The position numbers and the translations under genes are program-made. This document shows, piece by piece, positions 1-12,587 of a stretch of DNA of 64,000 bases. Under the pieces are notes generated by a model, which worked only from the letters and a program-made list of their open reading frames with translations, searched no databases and had not been told where the DNA came from. Each line of letters begins with the position of its first letter. Positions within the stretch are counted from its first letter, which is position 1. This DNA is from Tubiluchus corallicola (taxonomy: Eukaryota; Animalia; Priapulida), in assembly GCA_030141605.1 (NCBI GenBank), contig JAQGDQ010001031.1, positions 4,948 to 68,947 of the forward strand, given 5' to 3'.

Positions 1-367
1 CGCTAAATTGATTTGTTGTCATTTTATAGCGCTTTGCTTCTTTAATCCAGATTTGCTGAGCAGCTTATCGGATTAAACTAGAAAACTAGCAAAAGAAAAA
101 ACTAATGCAACTAATGACTATTATAACCATATGAGGTATTCAACGTAGGATGATTTACTCTGTCTATCAGCTTCGTGACAACGTGATCAATGTGTGAAAG
201 ATCAGTCAACTTCTACCACTAAAATCGTGTTACTCCTTTAAAATGACTAATAAAGCCGGCGATCATTGATCACCTTTAATTTTTACATCCTTGCTCACTA
301 CACACAAAATTTAATGTAATGGCTGACAATCAAGAAAACTGAGGCGTTCTTTCTTTTATTCCCGCAG

Positions 368-852
368 GTGGCGCTTTCATGGATGAACACTTTGTAATTC
401 TCAGTGCAGACATTGTGAGGATAATATTGGACTTACATAGAAGAGAAGAGCTTCTATGTACAAATTATGGTGGATTTGCTCTTGGATGGTGGCTGAGTAC
501 TTGGGAAGAAAAAACCAACCAAAAACTGAATTTCTTTGGTGACAATCAGCGCCATTACACCGACAAAGTTAGTTTATCTGTCAAACGTGAAAACATACAA
601 AATTACGAAGAGCTGTGTGAACGTTATATAAGTGTTCACCGATGGCTTTTGACAGAAAATATGAGTAAAGTATGGTACAATAAAAACACAACATTGCATA
701 AGAAGTATTCTGTTCCACCACTAAAGATGGACAAATGCAACTGGCAAAGAGAACGTCCTTTTGAGGTTAACAATCTGCAGCAATTGCTGCCTTGCCAAAG
801 TGCTAGTTTCGAATCAAAATCTGACATATGGGTTGGGTGGCAAGGGATCTGA
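368..852 (+). CDS. Terminal coding exon of a divergent beta-1,3-galactosyltransferase (GT31, B3GALT6-like); upstream exons not identified
   Basis: Acceptor ttcttttattcccgcag|GT at 367/368 reads in frame into the 379..852 ORF. The pattern VILSADIV...ALGWWL...D-QR-T...C-RY-H resembles the B3GALT6 C-terminus (VLSADLV...SLGAWL...DPRFDT...C-QY-TH). The EDV motif is replaced by GGF. AATAAA at ~1153. Confidence 0.55.
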
Positions 853-2859
853 TAGATATTTAAACGTCTGTTCAATTTATATTATTATGGAGATTCCATT
901 AGAAGAAACAAATAAGTTTTACTGTTTTAGTTGAAAAGAAACTTTAAATTGAGATATGTTGCTCAATTTATATCATCCCTGTATTATTAAATAATATTGA
1001 CCTAGCTTTGTTAATATTTACTGTCAGCTTCCATACTTCACAACAGTTTCATAACTTATTAAGAGCATTTGTAAACCTGTTTCGGATTTGGAAAAAAATA
1101 ACGCTGTAGGTACTGTATATTATAGTATATAAGTACATTTAAATGTTATATAAATAAAACAAAAATTATTTCTGCCAAAGAATAATCCTTCTGAATTCTA
1201 AAACAATTGCTGTGTTTACAGAATGTCCTGCGACGAGATAACTCATACAGCCCTTGATTGTTAAGCAAAATAGTTTTTGCACCGTTTTTTTGCAAATCGA
1301 CTTAATAACCAAATATACCAAAATTTATTATCAGACATCTGGAATGCCCATGCGTATGAGCATGCAGCCGTTTATCAGGCCTGCCTTATGCACTATTTCT
1401 TCTCCAACTATTTCCTATTGATTTTTTATATGCAGCTATTCTGCAGGTGGATAACGCATAACGCATGTCTGATAAACCGCACTTTAGGATCCTGGGCCAC
1501 CAAAACTGCTCAGCGCCCGTATGATGACATTGATTAACTATGTAATATGTTATAATAATTATATTTCATGTGCGTATTTCTAGTCTAATATCACTTTTTA
1601 TGCAGTGTAAAGCTGGTGTCCTAGCATTTACCACAAAGCTTTTTCAATTCTAAAGATAAAATTTTATTTTACAGTTTAGTATATTTTTTTATTCTGAATT
1701 ACACACATATGTGTCCGCCATAATGTTTTCAGTGCTTAGAGCCTCTCATGTTCTTAATCCAGCCCTTTTCTCATAAGATTTGTTTCTAGTTTGGTGAACG
1801 GTAAAATTGAACGTGACTTAAAAACTCCGCCTTAACACATTCATAATATCAAAATTTGCAAACCTAAAAGTAGCGTTGCCTATCATGTGCTTGCAGCAAG
1901 TCATGCCATTTATTTCAACAATGCTAGCACAATTTATTCCTATACAATAACAAATAGTATGATAGTTTGAGCAACGAGTTTTTGTCTCATAACATCTTAC
2001 TTTTGTCAACAAATCTCTGCATTAGTTAAATTTTCAAAAACTTTACCCGTTATTCTGTTCACTTACTACCATGCAGACTTTCCACAATTTACGTTAACAA
2101 AGCAAACGGTATAATACAAGATAAATAACATAATATAAAATACAAAAAGGAAAAGGGAAATTAATTACAATGATGGATGGACAGGAAGTACTAGGCACAG
2201 AGCTACCTTAAACATTTAACAGAGATTGTGTTTGTTGCGCATAATAGAATGGCTTGGAAAAGCAATTATGATTCAGTATGTGCAGATGAAACAAAACTGA
2301 AATGACGTTTGTTGATGTTTGAATGATATTTTGTGTTATTAATATGATCCAAGATTGTTGTACGTGGTTTTTTGAGTTTTTAATGTTAAATGGAAGATCA
2401 ACAGCTTTTTGCTTTCCTTTTTACCATCTAATGATGAGATGTTTTAGCAGCGTATTCATTTGATTAATATTTAATATGAACAGCATGTGACCCTATATTT
2501 AAATTTAAAATGACATCCTAGGCTTTAATTCGATATCAAAGTCATAAGGAGATCGATTTGAGGATATAATTACGACTAATTTAGAAATATCGTTTTTTGG
2601 TGTAAAGAGTTTCTACCATTTAAAAAACTCAGAGATTATTTTTTGGGACTCATTAAATGGCATTTTGTTTATTGAAGTTTTTATTCAAAAATTTTCTAGT
2701 GACCTAAAATAATGTCCTCTAGAAAACTACTACCATTTTTGCCAGGATTTCTATTCGAAACAGCGAAATTTCACCTTGTCTAAATATCAGCAGTTTTATA
2801 TACGCCATGAACTCCAGAGTTCTTCAAAGCAAAACTAAAAATGTAAGCATCACATTAAT

Positions 2860-4068
2860 CACTCCAGTCCAGCAAGCTCAAAGTGAATCTTACAGAGGAG
2901 GAAAGTAACACTCTGAAATGGCTGAAAAACTGAATGAATCATAATTATCACCAAACCTGACAAAGATAATGACATTGTTATTCTCCACAGAGATCTCATT
3001 TATGTCAAAAAATTGAAAAACTTATTTAGGGATTAGCAAATTTAAATTTTCTCTAGTAGTTTGAAAAGAACACTTAACCTATCATTCACATTATGTTAAA
3101 TTGTCAGCACGAAGTACATTTTAAAAAATGTGCCCAGATGTTCATTACTTTGTATATTATATGGAACATCTAAAGTACAAAAAACAGGAAGCCTTAGACT
3201 TACTATTTTATCCCTGCGAAATTGTGAGCACCTAGTAGAAAACATTACGACTGCGTTTAAATCACCAGACGCGGCTTTTTTGTGTCCATCTCGCGAGAAT
3301 GTCGGTTAAATTTCGCATGACATGTTGGACGACATTTGTGGGAATATACGTGATCATTTGATGACTCTTCAAAAAAAGAAGTGGAGAACAGCCAAATTTC
3401 TCCAAAATGTCACAAAAATGTTGTCACTAAATTGAAAAATGCGTCGTAAAGTTTTCAAGAATTTTAAAATTGTTGACAAACAGTGAATAAATGGCAACAA
3501 ATGTGTACATGTTTGGTGCATGTTACAATGAGTTTATAGCTGTTTAATGAAGTAGTGACTTCTGCAATCCTAGCAGCAATCTTTAGACATTTTAAGTTTT
3601 TTTCAACCATAGCTGGCACGAATGTTGGACACCCGCGAATATTTTATGACTATTTGGTAGAACTGTTAGGACATGTTTTGGAATTGGTAGGCTTTTGCAT
3701 AGTGGCCGAAATCCCGCGAAAACCTGTCTTTAGAAATTTAATAATATGTGACAACCTTGAATGAAGATAAAGGCATTAGTCTACCTTTTTGTCCTAGTTT
3801 GCCCAAATATTCGCCTATTATTGGGAAAAGATTTGAATGTTCAACTTTTAAATCGCTTTTATATTGCTGCTACATAGATGATACATATGTATTAGGATTC
3901 GTGTGTAAATCTATTGATCACCTAATTTCAATTTTTACTCGTGAAACTGCTCTGCCATTTTCAGATGTTAAACATGATGGTAGCAGTTTGACCACTGAAG
4001 TTTTTAAAAAACAGCACTACTTCGGAATACTGCTCTTTTTTGCTCAGAAAAATTATAGTCCAACTTAA
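2860..4068 (+). mobile_element. Decayed Penelope-like retroelement reverse-transcriptase fragment, interrupted at ~3230-3750
   Basis: Relic motifs NLTEEESNTLKWLK..IIITKPDKDNDIVIL (~2886-2990), LYGTSKVQK (~3160), FKSLLYCCYIDDTYV (YxDD), FTRE-LPF-DV and LTTEVFKK match the Penelope RT signature (NLT.EE..ALK.L...I.PADKG; LYGLPK.HK; RYVDD; LPFLD; T.VYRK). Many stops and frameshifts. Confidence 0.75.
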
Positions 4069-4906
4069 CACAACCCCTCGTCCATCAGATTTACTATATC
4101 CTGATGGTATACCTCGTCCTTTAATTAAGGGGTTTTTTTGTTTTTGAAAGAAATCCTAGCAACCGACAACACTGTTGCAAAAGTCATTAAAACACTTTTA
4201 AATGAAAACTTCAGTAAACAAAATGTCACCCAACAAGCTCCCATAAAACTATCTCTCTGTTATTTTTCGTGCCAGGAAAATTTTGGATCTAGAAAACAAA
4301 ATTGTCAAATTAGTCAAGTCATTATATCCTCAAAATGATCTCCATATTATTTTGAAATAAAATCATAGCCATTAGAAACTGGTGTCATATGAAATTCAAA
4401 GATAGGGTTTCTACATTGTTATTATCATATGTTATTCCCAAATATACATTTCCCAGCTGCAATACTGAGTACAACATCTACGTTTGATGGTAAAAGCACG
4501 TCTCCCATTTAACATTGATAGCTCTAAAAAACCCACATACAAAACATTTTGAATCACATTAATAACACTAAACATTATTCTAACATGAGTAATTTCAGTA
4601 TTATTACCTGTGCACCTAATGAACTTTTCTTTCTTATCAAAGCTAGTCTTTTTTGATGCACAACAAACCTAATCTTAAAACTCAAGGCATCACTCTTCTA
4701 GAATCTATTCACCCCTCTGTCCTATTCCTACCCATCCCCTCATCTGTATACTTATGAACAATATCAGCAATATGTTGAAACATGCGTGGATATTTTTAGT
4801 GTATTACAGGATTTTGATTTTTTATGATTTTTAAACTCTTAAATTTGTTGAAAAACCCCAATCCCAATCCCAAATTGCATTAAGCCTTTTCCATATGTGA
4901 CTATAA

Positions 4907-5793
4907 TCAGAGTTTTCGAAATAAATCCTCCCTAAAACTATAATTGAACATGGTGAAGTCCAAATAATATTTTTGATGTATCATACGTCCCAGTTCCAAA
5001 GATATATTTTTGTAGTACTTAACTAAAACGTCACTTGAATGCCGTAAAAAGTCGTTGCTTTGGATTTTTTTGGCAGCAAAGTTTAAATGTTTTGGTGTTA
5101 AAATGGGTTTTAAAAAGTTAGTTGCTTCTTTCTCTAATCTCTCAAACTTTCCAATAAAATCATACTTTATATAACACACATTACACAAATCCACATATCT
5201 CGCCCAGTGTTCATTCAATTCTGAAAATTTAGTTTGCACAATGTACATTAGAAATTGCTGGAAAGTCGGAGTCCAGTTTGACAAGGATATGGTGACATTC
5301 GTAAAATTCTTATGGAAGAAATAGTAGATTGGTTTGATGAAAAACCTGCTTCCAGCCTCTATTTTACTTTTGTAAGCTGACAAAAGTCTTCCCAGTGGTT
5401 CCCTGACAAACAGGAACTTCTTGTAAGTTTCCAGTACCTCGTGTCGTCTCCTTTTTCTAAAGATTCTGCGAAATATTAAGGAATATGTTTCAGCATGGAT
5501 GTTTGAAATTTGCGGTACCTTTGTAATTTTGCTACTTTTTAATGCTAACTCTAACAATATACTTTTCCACGTTGTACTCGCCACCTTTGGTATTGCACAG
5601 TACAGTAAATTGTAATTATGCACTACATAAGTTTCTTCGAGCCAGCGTTTTACATCCATTATGTTTGCAATATCACCATTAAAAGTATCTGCTTTGAGCT
5701 TCTCACACGTGTCTCTTATCAGCTTTTTTCGCCGTCCATTAAAATTTTCCGATTCTGCTAGCACCATCTGCCGAGAAACGGAGAAAACACTTT
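4907..5793 (-). CDS. Carbohydrate sulfotransferase (CHST8-14/HNK-1 ST, Sulfotransfer_2 family), catalytic exon 2
   Basis: 5'-PSB YCAIPKVASTTWK, 3'-PB FLFVREPLGRLLSAY, NEHW, C-C-YDFIGKFE-L and YYLDFTMFNY are all present. Acceptor ttttttttcag| at 5794/5793 is phase 1 and in frame (E-SVFSVSRQ-MVL). No internal stops. Confidence 0.93.
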
Positions 5794-8700
5794 CTGAAAA
5801 AAAATTGTTTAGTATTTAAGTTCAGCTTCCCTTCTTTAACTGAATTACAATTATTTATTCATGAACAAACATTAAACTGAATTTAGTATTTGAATTTGAA
5901 ACGAATTACACATCTTTGTTATGAGAAAACAAAGTGTTAGTACACAATAACAAGTCTAAGAGAGACAAGGTGGAGAATGACAACACGGTCATCGAGCGTC
6001 CAACCTTCTCTCGTAATATCACGATAAATAGTAATAGTAGTTGTCAGTGTTTGTAAGAACTACCCCTGAGAACTACACTAAACTGACTATAGTAATTGAA
6101 TTAAAAAAGAAAAATGAAAAATGAAATATTGAAAAAGAAGTAATAATTCGATGATTTCATGAAATTACCAAAGTTTCTCAGGATATTGGTCCTTAGTCAG
6201 CAGCTAGGAAACTATAAACAAAATTCTGAGGTAAGTAAGCATGAAATAACTTTACTTTACTGTTTAGTGCTTGGCCTCCTAGGTGACCGTGGACACCAGC
6301 CCAAGGAATGAAGCTGTGTCATTAGTAAGGCCCATCAAATCAGCAATGTATCCCACCCTAGTAATCCACGTGTTGTCGAAAGTAAGACAGGGGCATCCAT
6401 AACAAATCCAGTTAGTTCGCACAGAGCAGCTGCTGCTGGATTGTCTGGCCAAGCAGATTCAGCAGTGTGCAATGTGGTCGAGGAGATGAAAAAGGCGTTA
6501 CTTGATGATACTAACGTCACTGAATGTGACCCTGATTATTGATCTCTGATCAATAGTTCAGACTGGTTAGTGAAATTTATATGAAGCAATCAAATTTTGA
6601 TTAATCAGTGTCAATGACAATAGAAGCCTCATATCTGCTGTTGTTGCAGTTTCAGTTTTGTTCAATGGAGAGAAAGGGCCAGGATCAGACAATGTGGTAA
6701 GAGTGTGATACAGTAATATGAGGAAATGTGACTTTCTATTTTCAACAAAGTTGGTTTCAGTGTGGTCATTTATTGGTTAAAAAGAAACTTGGATTTGGCT
6801 TTCACAAATAACACAACTGTTTTCTAATATTGTGAAGACACAGTACAACATTTCCACCTGCAGCATATAACTTAGTAATTCTATTTATCAAATCTTTGTT
6901 CCAAACTAGGCAATTCAATGAACTAATCTAACTGAGGCAGGGTAATGTTAGTCTTTCTGTGTTCTGAATATTGAGGGATGCCACGAGAATTTCAACTCCA
7001 TGACAATTTCTCAATTCTTCACATAATGTTAATAACCACAACACTTTTCTTGTTTATCACTTAAAACGTGCTATATGACTTGTTCAATACTAATGCTTTA
7101 ACAAACTGTTTTAAATATATTGATGTTGCTTAGTTGTTTATTATCGTAATTAATTTTGTTTATTAATAGTAAATAGTGTTGATGAAAACGGCTTAATCTG
7201 TTAGAATGTCTTTGTTTGTTGTATTTTGTTTATATCTGTGTTAAACCAACCAATCACATACTTCACTGCCTTAATACTCAATTTGTTTTCAATTGCTTTG
7301 TTATAGGGTTATTCATTTCTAGTTTTTTTAAGTATTTCATGCTCGAGTATTGTATGAAGCATCACCACTAGGACATTGACTTAGTAATTGCTTGTACCAA
7401 GTGGTACCTCATGAGGGTCCACCTAGCTAAGATAGCTCCCTGGTTCTGTGAAAAGTTTTTGCTGTTAAAAAAGGCAACGAAAAGCTGACCGAGGGGCAGT
7501 AACTTTCTGGCAGTCACTCAGTGAACTCTCTAACTAGCTCGTACCAGTTTCTGTCAAGGCACTGCTTTTTAGCTTGGCAAACGTGCCTCATTGGAAAAGG
7601 TTATCTGTCGTCACATAGCTTGTGTTGTGGCAATATGTTTAGAACAGTGAGGTTACAAAAGTGTATCGTCTCAAAACAAACAGACGTTAATTTAGTCACT
7701 TTTCTTTTTTCTCACCAATGCAATGTAATACAAAACGATCGCCAAAGGGAATAATTACAAAAGATTACAATAACAGCTTCTCATTTTCTTCTACATTAAG
7801 CACTTGAAGTCCGCCTGGGAATGGTACATTGATTTGCCTACCAGCATTGTTTACCAAGATAAATACATGCTCCGCTATTAAACATGTACATAACCTCACC
7901 ATCAGAATGATATAAGCATCTAAATCTTACTTTGAGAACAACGAAAGCGCATCTAGTTTTGTAATTACATGTAACTAGTAACCCGAAATTAAGCTTACCG
8001 ATCAAAAAAATCTCCGTTCTCTCAGTTCCTAAAATCTCTTGTTGTTGGTTTCTCTCAGTAGTTAACGAAAAATTCGACATTACATTTTTTTGGTCAGCAA
8101 GAGTTTGTGCCTGTTTGAGGCCCGTCACTAATTAACGAGTCACATAACAAGTTTATTAAAACAGTTAAGCCCTTGTGAAACTTGCTAATTAGTTCACTAG
8201 TCAAAGTTGACTATGTTTAAAACTTAACGAGATTTTTGTGAAAATGGTACCTACTGACACTTTGATCTTTGCATTTTGTCTTATTAATTACAGCTCATCT
8301 ATTCAATGAAGGTTCGACTAGTTTGTAACAAATATGAGAGCCCTCTCTTGAACCTGCCATCTTTAACATGCAAAAACGTTGAATGCCTTTTAAGCAAATT
8401 CTGTAAATGCCACTCTCATGTTTGCAGCATGTCAATTCATGTTGTCAATTTACAGTCAATTCACGTATGTCAGTTTATTGCCATTTTATCACTTTCTTTA
8501 ATTTAGCTTTTATTCTGGTAATACCAATAATGCACAGTTTTTTGTTCTTACACAATCGTTTTTTTATTCTCTCTCTCTCTCTCTCTCTCTATCTGATTAT
8601 ATTTTAAATCAGTAATGTTAAACTAATATTCTGCTATGACTGATTTTGATTCTCACTGATATATATTGTTTTAACATTCCACCTGCAATTTTTCAGCTTA

Positions 8701-9062
8701 TGAGGCCTGTTAGGGTGAAAGCTTCTGAAATAAATAAACTTATTGTGAGCTATGTAGGAAATACAACGTTTTGTACATTGTAGGAATCTTATGTTTTCAG
8801 AATGTTAAATGTTCTAGCTGTTTATAATCTGCAATTTTTAGTATAACCATAATTCAAATGTCAACAAATAAATGAAATTAATAACCAGCTGTTGACTGTT
8901 GGTAAGACTCTTGGGAATTTACACTGTAAAGTTTATGCATGTTGATGATTAAAGTTAAAATCAAACTTCAATTTTAGTAATCTTTGCGTATTGAACTTTC
9001 CTTAGGGTTTAATGGTCAGCTAAATTGATTGATAAATCAGTCAGCATCTTGCTTTATCTTAC

Positions 9063-9171
9063 CTTTGTTTAAGGGATGCATGTAGATATCTAAGTAAAAA
9101 ACGAGAGCCAACATTAATGTTATTGAAACACACACGAATTTGATCCGTATTGATTTAGAAAAATATCTCAT
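9063..9171 (-). CDS. Exon 1 of the CHST gene: cytoplasmic tail plus type II signal anchor
   Basis: The ATG at 9171 gives MRYFSKSIRIKFVCVSITLMLALVFYLDIYMHPLNK+G, then donor G|gtaaga at 9063/9062. 109 nt (phase 1) matches the exon 2 acceptor, giving a 331-aa protein with intron 5794..9062. Too short for the ORF track. Confidence 0.85.
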
Positions 9172-9853
9172 GCTTGAGTTTTACAACGCACAAATTGTAA
9201 TTCATCAACTGGCATTACGTTTACATGACACGTTCTTTACTTAGTGACATATTCAACAACATTAGTACATATTCAAGAGTTCCGCTCAAATTTTATCCAC
9301 TTGGGTCACTCATTCATATTCTTGCAAATTAGCTAGCAGTCGCGACGCATAACAAACTCTCGATAAAACTACTTTGAAAATGACTGGGGATTGAAAAAAC
9401 TTGGTCGGTTACGGGGTCTTACTGGCAGCTTTCCAGAAAAGGAATTCTTGACATTGTGTTTCTTTCACTTCTGCTAAAGTGAAATCAAGTGCCAGACTAT
9501 TTTTGCGAATGAAGAATATTTTTCTTTTAATATTTTCTTCTGCTTCAATAAGCTTTCGCTGAGTGTATAATTTGGAGAACTTTGGCGCACAGTTTGTCAA
9601 TATTTTTTGTTTCACGTACCAAGTGTATTTTGTATAACCAGCGTTTTAGAACTGCGTTGATATATTACCATTTGCTATAGTAAGTGTACATTAAAGTTAA
9701 ATATTAGAGCAGCAAAGTATGCTTCTTAAAAGTCTTTTTAACTTGCTTGCATATGGCTACAGGCAATCGTTTCTAGCCTTTTCGCGCTAAACACAGTTGG
9801 CTATCGTGTAATTTTCTTTCTTAACCGGAGATGCAAGACTAAATTCTGTGAAA
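9172..9853. promoter_or_regulatory. Putative shared bidirectional promoter / 5'UTR region between CHST (-) and the GXYLT-like gene (+)
   Basis: Divergent ATGs at 9171 (-) and 9854 (+), ~680 bp apart. Inferred from geometry only. Confidence 0.4.
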
Positions 9854-10928
9854 ATGCGCAGAAAACGAAACGTCAAGTCATTTTGGTAGAAGCAGACAGT
9901 CTGGCAATGAATATTTTTTGATATTTATGCTGTCATATAACTTTTTAATGAATCTTCTAGAGGATCAATTCTCTCCCAAATTATATGTTGATCGGTATCA
10001 ACAAAGACTGACTACAATTCACGTTGCTCTGACTGCATGTGATAATAAGACGAGAATTTTGGAGCAATTTTACATTGTAGTGAAGTCTACTCTTATGGTA
10101 ACATCAGCTTTTATTCACTTTCATATTTTTACCAACAATAATATTACTAAAAGTTCATTGGGTGAAGTTCTTAGCGAAATGAGAACGACAAAACAATTTG
10201 TGGAAAACTTTTACCTTCCATGGTATCCTCCAGGTGAAAATTATACAAAGCGGTTGAATCCAGGGGATAAACGTTGCAACACTGCGTGGTTATTCCTACC
10301 GGATGTTTTACAAAATGTGGACAAGATTTTGGTGATTGATTTAGACGTTATTGTAGTGAAGCCTCTAGAACAGCTCTGGTGTCACTTTGACAATATGTCC
10401 CAATCTCAGATGATGGGACTTGCGTTTGATTTTTCGGGACCAAACAATTCTCGTCTAATGGATCGTTATCATGGTCAGCATTATCAACATCAAAAGGAAT
10501 CAGAATTATTTCTCAGACCCAGAGAGGTTTAAATTCTGGAATTGTTTTACTGGACTTGAGCAAAATGCGAAAGTCAAGCTGGAAAAATCGAAATTTTACG
10601 AATATTTAAAATTACCAGTGAATGTTCAGCAGAGAAAAGCGTTTTTACTGCAAAATACTGTTTTTTACCACAAAATACCTGCAATGTTTATTTTCATGAA
10701 AATCCTGAGAGGTTGTACTTTCTTCCTTGTCACTGGAACTTCTGGTGGGGACACGGATTCAGATACGAATTCTGCAAGACTGCTCAAGCACGTGGCATAG
10801 GAATTGTGCACGGAGCTTGGGGAACTTTTTACAAGAAAGAGAATAAATGTAAATGGATCTTTTCTTACTTATTTAATCTGTATAAATCCGTGCAGGTTAA
10901 TGAAGCTAAAGTTTGTGTAGGCGTTTAG
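9854..10928 (+). pseudogene. Intronless glucoside xylosyltransferase-like (GXYLT, GT8) pseudogene
   Basis: IHVALTAC, HFHIFT, LFLPDVL..VDKILVIDLD (DxD), GLNSGIVLLDL, NVYFHENPERLYFLPCHWN and GIGIVHG are colinear with GXYLT1/2. Disablements: TAG and TGA in the N-terminal MRRKRNVKSFW*KQTVWQ* segment, a frameshift at ~9915, and two mutually compensating frameshifts at ~10522 and ~10591. Confidence 0.85.
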
Positions 10929-11342
10929 CTAAATCATTTAAAGCAGTCAATATTTTTCTAGTGTTGTTTTTATCGTTTTTCAATAGGTCTTTATAAATTT
11001 GTTTTTTAGCTTTCTCGTTTGTTTGATTTAGGATATTACAGTAAGTTTTATTGATCTCAAAAGTCCTGCTGTTTTTTTGTGTGTTTTCTGAATCGTTGCT
11101 TAAAAATAGTGTTTCAAGACAAGTGCTTATTAATTACCCCACTCAGGTTTTCGAATAAAACATTAAAACCCTTTATTAGCTTTAATATTAAAAGCTTCGG
11201 TTAATACATGTAATATTTTTATAGAGTTTCTAACTTGTTTTTTTCGTTTAGATAAAGACTTGTTGTCAATTGCAAAAATAGGTAAAAGATCAGTCTTTTA
11301 TAACATATTGTCAGGGGTTATAGGGTTCACTAAATCATTAGC

Positions 11343-11389
11343 ATATATATATATATATATACATAAATATTGTTTAGCACCTATGTCTA

Positions 11390-11433
<44 letters not shown>
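11343..11433. repeat. (TA)n microsatellites
   Basis: Two TA runs, one preceded by (CA)n. Confidence 0.9.
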
Positions 11434-11436
<3 letters not shown>

Positions 11437-12587
11437 TGATCACCATTTGAGATTTATTGGTAATCCTTGCGGGTTTAGTGATTAAAGGGATCAAATATAC
11501 TAATATTGTTGGCATAGAACGTATTAGCAAGATTCAGTATATCAGACTGGTCGCTCTGTGTAACAAACAATTAATCTTCTGTTAGACTTTGATATATGGC
11601 AGTAAGCTGTTAATGCACTGCAAACAGAACAATGAATCATTAGTGTTAGTTAGTAGAGCAAACTCGTCATTGCATAACGAACTGCAATTTTTGTGCACCC
11701 ATTTTTACATATGTCACAAAAAACCCTGCTTGCAAGGAATGCAGGGGTGACGAATTACCATAATTCTGATAATAAGCCTATAATAATTTATATCAGCTTA
11801 TTTACATGTTGAATATCATAGTTACAATAATATAGACAATTTATCTTAATTTGTTCAAGTGACTTTCAGTTTTAATTTCAAGTGGCTCACGTTCATCACT
11901 AATTAGAAAATAGATACAGCCTTGATTAGTCCACACTGATATGTATTTTTTGAGTTTCTTAACTGTTATAAGTTTAGCAAGTTGTTCATTTCTACATCTG
12001 CGTTAAACAATTTTTGATGAAGATTTTGACACTTTTGAAACAACCAATTTCAATATTTTTTTGCGATAAGAGTGATCTTTTCATCATTCTTGCAGGACTA
12101 TATGCCGGGAACCTAGTGGCCATTTTGTTTTTTGCTTATTGGACGGTTATAGTTCTCTTGCATTGCTTTTGGGGTCTAATAAGAGTTCTTTTAGATTCAG
12201 CATGGTCGGTTCATAAATATAATTTGCTCTTCTTATAATAAATATATAGGTAAAACTGTTAATGCAATTGAATGATCGGCATAATTTCCTTGCGCGTTGC
12301 GGCCATTTCAGGTAAACTAATATAAAAAAATACCAATGTTGTTTAAAAGATTGTAAATCAGCAGCAGCATAACGACAACAAACAGTAGCACTGAATAAAC
12401 AATTAGTTATTTACATATACAGTAAAAAGAATAAAAAAGTTTCTGTTATTAAAATAATGTTCTCAGTTTGGGAACAATCTGCAGAAATGCGTTAAACGGA
12501 AATGTGAGCGTTTTGCAGTTCAGTAGTTTGGTTTGTTTGCTAAGTTACCTATGCTGTGCAGCCTAAATAGTCTGCACTTTAGCTGCA

